Notes under the pieces: generated by a model
The model's database searches: none
Seen by the model: only the letters and a program-made list of their open reading frames with translations
Told to the model about the DNA's origin: nothing
Assembly (NCBI GenBank): GCA_001002405.1
Contig: LCOA01000012.1
Location: 1-48,378, forward strand
Origin: Candidatus Amesbacteria bacterium GW2011_GWA1_47_20
GTDB taxonomy: Bacteria > Patescibacteriota > Microgenomatia > CAZETR01 > Amesbacteraceae
Reading direction: 5' to 3'
Length of the DNA stretch: 48,378 nt
Part shown: positions 41,367-48,378 of the stretch, one piece after another
How the letters are laid out: each line of letters opens with the position of its first letter
How positions within the stretch are numbered: position 1 is the stretch's first letter
Made by a program: the position numbers and the translations under genes

Positions 41367-41867
41367 ATGAAAATTATTGTGGGACTTGGGAATCCGGGGG
41401 TGGAATATGCGGGAACGAGACATAATATGGGAGTGGCGCTTGTGGAGCGTCTAGCGTCTAGCTCAGATTATGGGTGGAGAAAGCATTACGATGCGTTGGT
41501 TTACAAGACCCCGGATGTGGTTTTGGTCAAGACAAGAGACGTTTTTATGAATGAATCGGGGAGGCTTTTGCAGGGACTACCAGAAGGGGAGCTGTATATT
41601 GCTCACGACGATCTAGATTTAAAGTTGGGGGAATATAAGATTCAGTTTGGCAGGGGACCAAAAGACCACAACGGAGTAGAATCGGTAGAAAGAGCATTGG
41701 GGACAAAGGATTTTTGGCGCGTGCGCATAGGAATAGACAATCGTACTACACCCATTGACGGGGAGAGTTATGTGCTGCAAAAATTTACGGCTGAAGAAAA
41801 AGGTATCTTGGACAACACTCTTGATGCAATCGTTAAAGCAATTATTCCAGACCAAAAACCCGGTTGA
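41367..41867 (+). CDS. pth: peptidyl-tRNA hydrolase
   Basis: IVGLGNPGVEYAGTRHNMG and HDDLDL. Confidence 0.95.
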   Translation: MKIIVGLGNPGVEYAGTRHNMGVALVERLASSSDYGWRKHYDALVYKTPDVVLVKTRDVFMNESGRLLQGLPEGELYIAHDDLDLKLGEYKIQFGRGPKDHNGVESVERALGTKDFWRVRIGIDNRTTPIDGESYVLQKFTAEEKGILDNTLDAIVKAIIPDQKPG

Positions 41868-42075
41868 TAAGAATAAGTTTGTCAGCCGGGAGTTTCAAGA
41901 TTATGGATACCGGCTGGCGGCGGAATTAGGAGACTTGGCTCACAAGTCGTTATATATTAAGTTAGCTAAAACCATAGATAGGTCAATTTTGGAGCAATGC
42001 AAGAGGTTTGTGATTGATAGCAATGCAGACAACCGAGGGGCCTTGTTTATGTGGAAACTGAAACAGCTAAAATAG
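41824..42075 (+). CDS. hypothetical protein
   Basis: ORF overlapping the pth 3' end. The start is uncertain. Confidence 0.4.
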   Translation: MQSLKQLFQTKNPVDKNKFVSREFQDYGYRLAAELGDLAHKSLYIKLAKTIDRSILEQCKRFVIDSNADNRGALFMWKLKQLK

Positions 42076-42142
42076 TACAATAGGACATATGGGTCAGATA
42101 GGGCTAATAGGACAAATAGTACTAATGATAGGGATAGCGGGG
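42071..42142. repeat. 9-nt array (ATAGGACAA-like x8) spanning an intergenic region and a gene start
   Basis: AATAGTACA ATAGGACAT ATGGGTCAG ATAGGGCTA ATAGGACAA ATAGTACTA ATGATAGGG ATAGCGGGG. Confidence 0.85.
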
Positions 42143-42589
42143 TGGACGAGAAGCTGGTGGTTGGCGGTAGGATGGATAATCGGGTACGCGCTGGCGGAGG
42201 CGGACCATTTGTTTTATGTGGCGGTGTGTAATCCCCAAGAATTAACTTGCCAGCGGGTGCGTCAGGAGTTAGGAGCTAGGAGTTGGAAGTCAGCTTGGGA
42301 ACTGCTACGGAGAACGGCGGGAGAGAGAACGAGACTGCCGATACATAATGTGCTGACTGGGTTAATTGTGGCCGTGTTAGGATGGTGGGTAGTGAATAGT
42401 GTGGGAAGCATGTTGGCGGCAGGAGTCGTGGTAGGGTTGGGGGTGCGGTTGTTTACAGAGTTTTTGGCCGGGAACAAAAAAAGTTGGTTTTGGGTGTTTG
42501 CCAGGGAGTTTAGTGTCGGGGAGGTCTGGGTGGTCGGGGGAGTCTGGGGGGTGTTACAGCTGATTTCCGTGGTAGGATTGGTCAGATAG
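42089..42589 (+). CDS. hypothetical membrane protein
   Basis: 166 aa with several TM segments. The start codon and first ~15 codons lie inside the 9-nt array. Confidence 0.5.
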   Translation: MGQIGLIGQIVLMIGIAGWTRSWWLAVGWIIGYALAEADHLFYVAVCNPQELTCQRVRQELGARSWKSAWELLRRTAGERTRLPIHNVLTGLIVAVLGWWVVNSVGSMLAAGVVVGLGVRLFTEFLAGNKKSWFWVFAREFSVGEVWVVGGVWGVLQLISVVGLVR

Positions 42590-42616
42590 GTCATATGGGA
42601 CAAATAGGCCAAATAT
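42572..42616. repeat. 9-nt array (x5) spanning a stop codon, a spacer and the next start codon
   Basis: GTAGGATTG GTCAGATAG GTCATATGG GACAAATAG GCCAAATAT. Confidence 0.8.
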
Positions 42617-43347
42617 TAATTTGGACGACGGTGGGAAGTGTGGTGAGTTTGATTGGGGGGATACTGCTGGCGGTTCGTAAAAAAGCATTTACCCATGAGC
42701 AATCATTACTATTAATATCGTTTGCGGCGGGAGTATTGCTATCCACAGCTTTTTTTGACCTATTACCTGAAGCGATAGGACAAATAGGTCAGATAAGTCT
42801 AATAGGGCAAATAGGGGGGATTATATTTCTTTTTTTGCTGGAAAAATTTTTGTGGTATCACCATCATGACGAAGAACACGAGGGACATAAGCGGACGCCG
42901 ATACTGATTACAGTGGGGGATACGGTGCACAATTTCATTGACGGGGTGGTGATAGCGGGAACGTTTATGGTGGCGCCAGCGACGGGAATTGCGACGGCGC
43001 TGGCGGTGGCGGCGCATGAGATACCGCATGAAATGGCAGATTTTGGAGTGCTGTTGACCAAAGGCTGGGCTAGAAAAAAAGTGATTTTGATTAATCTGGC
43101 GTCGGCGGGGGCATCCCTTCTGGGGGCGGTACTTATGTATTATTTGGGGGGACGGATAGAGGGGGTATTGCCTGTACTTCTGTCTTTTTCTGGAGGGATG
43201 TTTATTTATTTGGCTTGCTCTGATTTGATTCCCGAACTGCATCACGGGCATGCGGAGAAGAAAAGTGAAACATTGGGGCAGATGGCAGTGTTTGGGGTGG
43301 GGATAATAATTGTGTTACTATTAAAAGAATGGCTGCAGTACATCTAA
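42595..43347 (+). CDS. ZIP-family metal transporter (ZupT-like)
   Basis: HNFIDGVVIAG and AHEIPHEMADFGVLL. Confidence 0.85.
   Translation: MGQIGQILIWTTVGSVVSLIGGILLAVRKKAFTHEQSLLLISFAAGVLLSTAFFDLLPEAIGQIGQISLIGQIGGIIFLFLLEKFLWYHHHDEEHEGHKRTPILITVGDTVHNFIDGVVIAGTFMVAPATGIATALAVAAHEIPHEMADFGVLLTKGWARKKVILINLASAGASLLGAVLMYYLGGRIEGVLPVLLSFSGGMFIYLACSDLIPELHHGHAEKKSETLGQMAVFGVGIIIVLLLKEWLQYI
42774..42827. repeat. 9-nt array (x5-6) inside the ZIP transporter loop region
   Basis: Encodes AIGQIGQISLIGQIGG. Confidence 0.8.
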
Positions 43348-43646
43348 CTAAGGCTGATTTTGACGACAAAATTAAGGTGGGGATTTCCCTAGTGGATTTT
43401 TGGGCGGAATGGTGCGGGCCGTGCAAGATGGCGGCGCCGGTGATTGACGGATTGGCTGATGAGTATGCCGGAAAGGTAGTGGTGGCTAAACTGGATGTGG
43501 ACGCAGAACCGGAAATTGCGCAAAAGTTTGGAGTGATGAGCATTCCCACGGTGATTTTATTTAAAGACGGAGCGGAGCTGGCTCGACAAGTTGGATTCGC
43601 AGGTAAGCAAGGATATCTTGACTTACTTAAGAAGGTCATACAATAG
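43329..43646 (+). CDS. trxA: thioredoxin
   Basis: WAEWCGPCK active site. 105 aa. Confidence 0.95.
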   Translation: MAAVHLTKADFDDKIKVGISLVDFWAEWCGPCKMAAPVIDGLADEYAGKVVVAKLDVDAEPEIAQKFGVMSIPTVILFKDGAELARQVGFAGKQGYLDLLKKVIQ

Positions 43647-43688
43647 GCATACGATTGGCATACAATGGTCATACGATGGTAAACAGAT
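43634..43688. repeat. 11-nt tandem array (GGTCATACAAT-like x4-5), left flank of the low-GC island
   Basis: GGTCATACAAT AGGCATACGAT TGGCATACAAT GGTCATACGAT GGTAAACAGAT. Confidence 0.8.
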
Positions 43689-44044
43689 ACGAAGATTTGG
43701 AAATTTATCAAGTCTCAGTCGAAGTTGCGATTGAGGTTTACAGACTGACTAAAAAATTTCCTAAAGAAGAAACTTATGGAATAGTAGATCAATTGAAAAG
43801 AGCAGTTACTTCAATTGGGGCGAATATAGCTGAGGGTTTTGGGAGGTTTTATTTTAAAGACAAATTGGTTTTCTTTTATCACTCTCGAGGTTCATTATTT
43901 GAGGTTAAACATTTCTTGGAAATATCATTCAGGATGGGGTATATTACAAATGAAGAGAAAAATAGTTTGTTCGTGAAGTTAAATAACTTGTCGGTGAAAT
44001 TAAACAACTTTATTAGTTCAATAGGTAAACAGAACGGCAGTTAA
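43676..44044 (+). CDS. four-helix-bundle protein (23S rRNA intervening-sequence protein family, TIGR02436-like)
   Basis: YEDLEIYQ ... FPKEETYGIVDQLKRAVTSIGANIAEG. Confidence 0.85.
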   Translation: MVNRYEDLEIYQVSVEVAIEVYRLTKKFPKEETYGIVDQLKRAVTSIGANIAEGFGRFYFKDKLVFFYHSRGSLFEVKHFLEISFRMGYITNEEKNSLFVKLNNLSVKLNNFISSIGKQNGS

Positions 44045-44048
44045 AACG

Positions 44049-44894
44049 ATGTTTTTGAAAACAGATCTAGAAACTCAAAGCGTTTCTGATGTATTGGCTT
44101 TTTTTGGAATTGAGATTCCTCGAGAAATAACACGAATTGGCGATGGTATAGCTAACCATAGCTACATTGCCAAAACCAACCAAGGGGAATATGTTGTCAA
44201 ATTTTTAGTAGCCCAAACCACAAAAAACATTGAGAACGACATTATAATTCAAAAACAGCTAAGGCGAGTAGGTATAAACACACCGCTGTACATTCAAAAT
44301 AAAGATGGCAGGTATATATTTAACAATAACGATACGAGTGCCGTTGTTTCTGAAAGGATTGATGGTGTAATTCCACGTAAAGTAATGGGGAAACTCGCTA
44401 AAGATATAGGACAAAAACTGGCGATATTTCATAAATCAGTACTTAAGCTGTCCTACCCGAACAACAAAGGACTTATGAATCCTAAGGTATCTGGTATTGT
44501 TTCGGAACTTTTTGCTCAGTCATTACCTAAAGGTATAATTCACGGCGATTTACATAACGGAAATATATTGGTAGATCCTGCCGAAAAAGACAGTGTAGTA
44601 GCGATTCTAGACTTTGAAGAAGCTGGCGAAAACTTATACATAGTTGATCTTGCGGTCACGTTAATGTCCGTGTGCACTTCAAGCGATGAGAATATTGTTG
44701 ACACGGATCTAATGCAAGCAGTTACCTCCGGTTACGAATCCGTTAGGCAATTAAGCAAAGAGGAAAAATATTGGTTGCCGGAAGCCATTAAATACTCAGC
44801 CAAGGCTTGGATAAAATGGTTTAACGAAAACGGCTATGATAAATACGCCGAGAAACATCAAATGCGTTTAAATAGCTTAAACTGGAAGGACTAA
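44049..44894 (+). CDS. phosphotransferase-family kinase (APH / homoserine kinase type II-like)
   Basis: IIHGDLHNGNILVD and ILDFEEAG. Confidence 0.75.
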   Translation: MFLKTDLETQSVSDVLAFFGIEIPREITRIGDGIANHSYIAKTNQGEYVVKFLVAQTTKNIENDIIIQKQLRRVGINTPLYIQNKDGRYIFNNNDTSAVVSERIDGVIPRKVMGKLAKDIGQKLAIFHKSVLKLSYPNNKGLMNPKVSGIVSELFAQSLPKGIIHGDLHNGNILVDPAEKDSVVAILDFEEAGENLYIVDLAVTLMSVCTSSDENIVDTDLMQAVTSGYESVRQLSKEEKYWLPEAIKYSAKAWIKWFNENGYDKYAEKHQMRLNSLNWKD

Positions 44895-44920
44895 ACTAAC
44901 TCCATAATTTTTGTTACAAT

Positions 44921-44970
44921 GATAAACAATGAATGACTATTGTATGACTACTGTATGACAATTTATGACG
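44921..44970. repeat. 10-11-nt tandem array in inverted orientation (ATTGTATGAC-like), right flank of the island
   Basis: ACTATTGTATG ACTACTGTATG ACAATTTATG ACG. The reverse complement reads GTCATACAAT / GTCATACAGT. Confidence 0.7.
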
Positions 44971-45875
44971 TTATCATAATAGGCAGCGGGCCGGCTGGAC
45001 TTACCGCGGGAATTTATACCAGTAGAGCTAATTTAAAAACTTTGATGGTGGCCGGTTCGAAATGGGGCGGGCAGTTGATGCTGACGGAGGGTGTGGAAAA
45101 CTTTCCTGGGTTCCCCGAGGGAATACAAGGGCCGGAGTTGATGACAAGTATGCGTAAACAGGCAGAAAAGCACGGAGTGGAAATAGTGGATGAAGACATG
45201 GTGAGGATAGAAATGGGCGATAGGCCATATAGGACGAATACGACAAATAGGTCATATAGAAGTAGAGCGATAATAATAGCCACGGGGGCGGCGACGCAGT
45301 GGCTGAATGTGCCGGGGGAACAAGAACTTATTGGGCGGGGCGTGTCGTCGTGCGCTCCATGCGATGCCCCATTTTTTAAAGGGAAGAGAGTGATAGTGGT
45401 GGGGGGAGGGGATGCGGCGATGGAAGAGGCGCTGGTGCTGACTAAATTTGCAGATGAGGTAACTATTGTGCACAGACGGAGTGAATTTAGGGCCAGCCAA
45501 ATCATGCAAGAAAGGGTCAAGAATAATTCGAAGATAAAAATAAAATGGAATACGGAAATTTCGGAGATTGTAGGAAAAGAAAAAATAGAGAAAGTGAAAT
45601 TTAAGGACGGAACGGAGATGGAAGCCGACGGAGTGTTTGTGGCCATTGGGCATAAACCGGCTAGCAAGATATTTGAAGGAAAAATTGACTTGGACGAGAA
45701 AGACTATATTAAACGCCAGGGTCAGAAATACCTCACCATGTCTAATGTCGAAGGAGTGTTTGTAGCCGGAGATGTGCACGATTATAGATATAGACAGGCG
45801 ATTACGGCTGCGGGATATGGATGCGAAGCGGCCCTTGACGTAGAGAGGTGGTTGTCGGAGAATGGTACAGCATGA
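44955..45875 (+). CDS. trxB: thioredoxin-disulfide reductase
   Basis: DVIIIGSGPAGLTAG, CAPCDA redox centre and VVGGGDAAMEEA. Confidence 0.95.
   Translation: MTIYDVIIIGSGPAGLTAGIYTSRANLKTLMVAGSKWGGQLMLTEGVENFPGFPEGIQGPELMTSMRKQAEKHGVEIVDEDMVRIEMGDRPYRTNTTNRSYRSRAIIIATGAATQWLNVPGEQELIGRGVSSCAPCDAPFFKGKRVIVVGGGDAAMEEALVLTKFADEVTIVHRRSEFRASQIMQERVKNNSKIKIKWNTEISEIVGKEKIEKVKFKDGTEMEADGVFVAIGHKPASKIFEGKIDLDEKDYIKRQGQKYLTMSNVEGVFVAGDVHDYRYRQAITAAGYGCEAALDVERWLSENGTA
45205..45262. repeat. 9-nt array (x6) inside trxB
   Basis: Encodes DRPYRTNTTNRSYRS. Confidence 0.75.
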
Positions 45876-46633
45876 AAGAGAAAATGTTTCCGGTTTTGGT
45901 GGGAGTGTTGATTGTGATGGCTTTTGTGATGGGGGCAATGTGGAGCAAGTTGCAAACACTGGGAGAACAAGCACCACAGGCAAATCAGGCAGACCAGGTA
46001 AAGCCAGGTAAGTATAAGAATTTTGACGAAGCTATAAAGGATTTAGCTAAGCAGGTAAAGATCGATGGAAGTAAATTAGTGTCTTGCATAAACTCGGGTG
46101 AGAAGAAGGGGATTGTGGATGCCGATACAAACGAAGGGGGCACGTTGGGCGTGACTGGAACACCAGCGTTTTTTATAAACGGAAAGTTTTTAGGAGGAGC
46201 GTTCCCACTAGAATCATTTAAGGAGATTATTGATAAAGAGTTGGCAGGAAAAGGATCAACAAACTATAAGGATTATTCTAAGAGTTTGCAGGAGGCTTAT
46301 GAGGATCCGCGGGGGAAGGCGTTTGATCCTGTGCCCAAAAAGGTGAATGTGGGAAATACTTCTACCAGGGGAACAGCGGGGGCTAAAGTGATAATAGTGG
46401 AATACTCTGATTTCCAGTGTCCTTATTGCGAAAGGGCATACCCAACAGTGCAACAGATATTGAAGGAGTATGAGGGTAATGTACTTGTGGCATATAAACA
46501 TCTCCCATTAGTCTCGATTCATCAGTATGCGCAAAAAGCGGCGGAGGCGGCAGAGTGTGCAAAAGATCAAGGGAAGTTTTGGGAATTTCACGATAAATTG
46601 TTTGAGACACAATCGGATTGGGCGAATTTGTGA
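45872..46633 (+). CDS. DsbA-like thioredoxin-fold protein with domain halves in swapped order
   Basis: TM segment, then the C-terminal-type half (GVTGTPAFFINGKFLGGAFP), then the N-terminal-type half (VEYSDFQCPYC...KFWEFHDKLFE), then the stop. Confidence 0.7.
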   Translation: MKEKMFPVLVGVLIVMAFVMGAMWSKLQTLGEQAPQANQADQVKPGKYKNFDEAIKDLAKQVKIDGSKLVSCINSGEKKGIVDADTNEGGTLGVTGTPAFFINGKFLGGAFPLESFKEIIDKELAGKGSTNYKDYSKSLQEAYEDPRGKAFDPVPKKVNVGNTSTRGTAGAKVIIVEYSDFQCPYCERAYPTVQQILKEYEGNVLVAYKHLPLVSIHQYAQKAAEAAECAKDQGKFWEFHDKLFETQSDWANL

Positions 46634-47196
46634 AACTAAACGCTAAACAACTGCGAGTGACCAAGCCTTCAGAGAAAGAACTGGCAAGAATAGAGAGAAA
46701 GCCCATATATATAGTATTGGATAACGTATTAGATACATATAACATTGGCTCGATTTTTAGATTGGCGGATGCGGTTGCTGCTCGTGAAATAATTTTGTGT
46801 GGAGGATCTGAAACTCCGCCTAGTAGCAGAATTCACAAGGCGGCAGTGGGAACGGAAGAATGGGTACCTTGGCAGTATGCAGCTGATGCTGCAACTGCAA
46901 TTTCTAAACTCAAAACCCTAAATCCTAAAATTAAAATAATTGCTGTGGAACAAGATGAAAGATCCATGCCTCTTTCCCACCTCACCCCAACCCCTCTCCA
47001 AAATTTTGGAGAGGGGAACGGAAGGGATGAGGTTGCTGTTGCGGTGGTAGTTGGTCATGAAACAGAAGGAGTCTCTCGACAAGTGCTCGAGATGGCGGAT
47101 GTGATAGTAGAGATTCCCATGTGGGGAGTGAACAAATCTTTGAATGTGGTGGTGTCCACCGGCATCGTGCTTTACATGGTGGTGGAATTGATATAG
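46618..47196 (+). CDS. SpoU/TrmH-family RNA 2'-O-methyltransferase
   Basis: NIGSIFRLADA, VVGHETEGVS and IPMWGVNKSLNV. Confidence 0.85.
   Translation: MGEFVKLNAKQLRVTKPSEKELARIERKPIYIVLDNVLDTYNIGSIFRLADAVAAREIILCGGSETPPSSRIHKAAVGTEEWVPWQYAADAATAISKLKTLNPKIKIIAVEQDERSMPLSHLTPTPLQNFGEGNGRDEVAVAVVVGHETEGVSRQVLEMADVIVEIPMWGVNKSLNVVVSTGIVLYMVVELI
46901..46936. repeat. degenerate heptamer array (NNCTAAA-like) in trmH-like coding sequence
   Basis: TTTCTAA ACTCAAA ACCCTAA ATCCTAA AATTAAA. Confidence 0.5.
46982..47030. repeat. palindromic in-frame insert (TCACCCC..CCCCTCTCC-AAAATTTT-GGAGAGGGG), copy 2
   Basis: Perfect 26-nt palindrome at 46991-47016. Encodes LTPTPLQNFGEGN. Confidence 0.8.
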
Positions 47197-47271
47197 AATA
47201 CGGAGGCTGTATGACGCAGACTTGCTCATTGACATATTTATTGTCTTTTAAGAAGTGGTAGGAATTTTTTT

Positions 47272-47314
<43 letters not shown>

Positions 47315-47569
47315 TAGGCATGCAAGTAAAACGGGTCCCGCAAGGGACAAGTTGCAGACGGGTGAGTAATACATAGGAATCTACCTTTTAGTGGGGAATA
47401 GCTGGCCGAAAGGCCAATTAATACCGCATAAGATCGCAAGATGAAAGGGCGTAACTGCCCGCTGAAAGATGAGCCTATGTCCTATCAGCTAGTTGGTGGG
47501 GTAAAAGCCTACCAAGGCGATGACGGGTAGCTGGACTGAGAGGTCGGTCAGCCACAATGTTACTGAGAT

Positions 47570-48273
47570 CGAAATGTAGGTCTCCCGTACTGGTAACGGT
47601 ACGGAAAAACTCAACTAATAACGGTGAAATCCATCAGTACTTGACTTCGTATAAACTTCGGTTTAGCATGGAGTTAATGTACGTTTGGGATAATACCGTG
47701 GGAAGCTCTATCAGAGTAAGCCCAACAGTGCTAGCTTATATTGCAGGATTTCTAGACGGAGATGGATGTATCAAGGTAACGATAGCAAAGCGTGATTACG
47801 CTAAGTTTGGGTATTACTTTCGAGTGATCGTGAGTTTTGCTCAACATATTAGAGATAGACGGGTTTTAGTTTGGATAAAAAGCAAACTAAAAGTAGGGTC
47901 AATTTCTGATTACGATTTACCTGGTAAACAAGTCTCTGAATATGTTATTCAGGATAGGAAGTTCAATTTTAGATTGTTGTTTAATTTACGTCCCTTTGTG
48001 GTCGTTAAAAAAAGACAATTAGAATTGGCTTCAGAAATTCTAAGTTTAAAAGATAAGGTTAAAAACCCTATTTCTTTTAAGCGAGCAATGAAAGCAGCGA
48101 TGGAAATTAGAAGGCTAAATAGCCCTTCTAAATTTGATAGTAGCCCCGTAACGACTCATATGGGAGGTACCAGATAATCTGGAATACAAACTTCCATTAT
48201 ATGTTGACGCCCGGTATGGGTATCGGGATGAAGATATAGTCTGATCCCCCGAGTAATCGGGGTAAACACAATG
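47570..48273 (+). mobile_element. group I-like intron in 16S rRNA (near E. coli position ~330)
   Basis: The exon ends GAGAU and can pair with the intron's GUCUC at 47580-47584. The intron ends in G. It carries AAGATATAGTC and a CCCCGA-GUAA-UCGGGG hairpin near its 3' end. Ligated exons restore ATGTT-ACTGAGATACGG-AACAT. Confidence 0.7.
47668..48177 (+). CDS. LAGLIDADG homing endonuclease (single-motif, I-CreI-like size)
   Basis: LAYIAGFLDGDGCIKV. About 169 aa from ATG 47668, and low GC. Confidence 0.85.
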   Translation: MELMYVWDNTVGSSIRVSPTVLAYIAGFLDGDGCIKVTIAKRDYAKFGYYFRVIVSFAQHIRDRRVLVWIKSKLKVGSISDYDLPGKQVSEYVIQDRKFNFRLLFNLRPFVVVKKRQLELASEILSLKDKVKNPISFKRAMKAAMEIRRLNSPSKFDSSPVTTHMGGTR

Positions 48274-48378
48274 ACGGAACATACGACTACGGTCGGCAGC
48301 AACTAGGAATATTGCGCAATGGACGAAAGTCTGACGCAGCGACGCCGCGTGGAGGATGACGGCCTTCGGGTTGTAAAC

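Noticed and set aside
42071-42827. Possible CRISPR array, suggested by the regularly spaced short repeats (9-nt and 7-nt arrays)
   Set aside because: The units are contiguous tandem repeats with no unique spacers. They are far shorter than CRISPR repeats, and many lie inside conserved coding sequence. No cas genes are present.
47229-47260. 16S rRNA promoter
   Set aside because: A TTGACA box is present at 47229-47234, but no acceptable -10 hexamer lies at 16-18 nt spacing, so no promoter is called.

Overview
The window reads as a gene-dense chromosomal segment of a small-genome bacterium with the standard genetic code. I infer a Candidate Phyla Radiation (Patescibacteria) origin from three things: a 16S rRNA gene interrupted by an intron encoding a LAGLIDADG endonuclease, divergent universal-primer sites, and typical small DUF and toxin-antitoxin genes. 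The backbone is housekeeping: gap, rpe, split transketolase, two class A PBPs, nrdR, trpS, ftsH, a 5'-3' exonuclease, fpg, recF, an ATP-dependent DNA ligase, pcm, pth, trxA and trxB. Four PIN-domain toxin-antitoxin pairs and a VirD4/TraG-like ATPase are also present, and the window ends in the 5' part of 16S rRNA. The unusual content is mostly non-genic. (1) Two divergent copies of a ~175-nt intergenic element keep their helices through compensatory substitutions. I do not recognise it as any known RNA class. A related GTTCCACCT-N3-AGGTGGAAC hairpin family includes one internally deleted copy that links the two. (2) A tRNA(CAU) gene is split in its anticodon loop by a 121-nt hairpin-rich insertion with group-I-like boundaries, and a free-standing HTH/LAGLIDADG-like ORF lies next to it. 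(3) Several families of short repeats sit in frame inside essential genes: 9-nt ATAGGACAA arrays, 7-nt TCAAATN arrays, and two palindromic insert types reminiscent of Rickettsia palindromic elements. (4) Conserved genes carry repeated internal deletions or frame breaks (tkt-N twice, a GT4 glycosyltransferase, Fic). There is also a DsbA-like ORF with swapped domain halves and a duplicated dehydrogenase 5' end. (5) A hypothetical protein with primase-polymerase-like motifs is coupled to the DNA ligase. (6) A two-gene low-GC island between trxA and trxB is flanked by inverted arrays of 11-nt repeats. All calls come from reading the sequence and ORF translations by eye. No database search was run.
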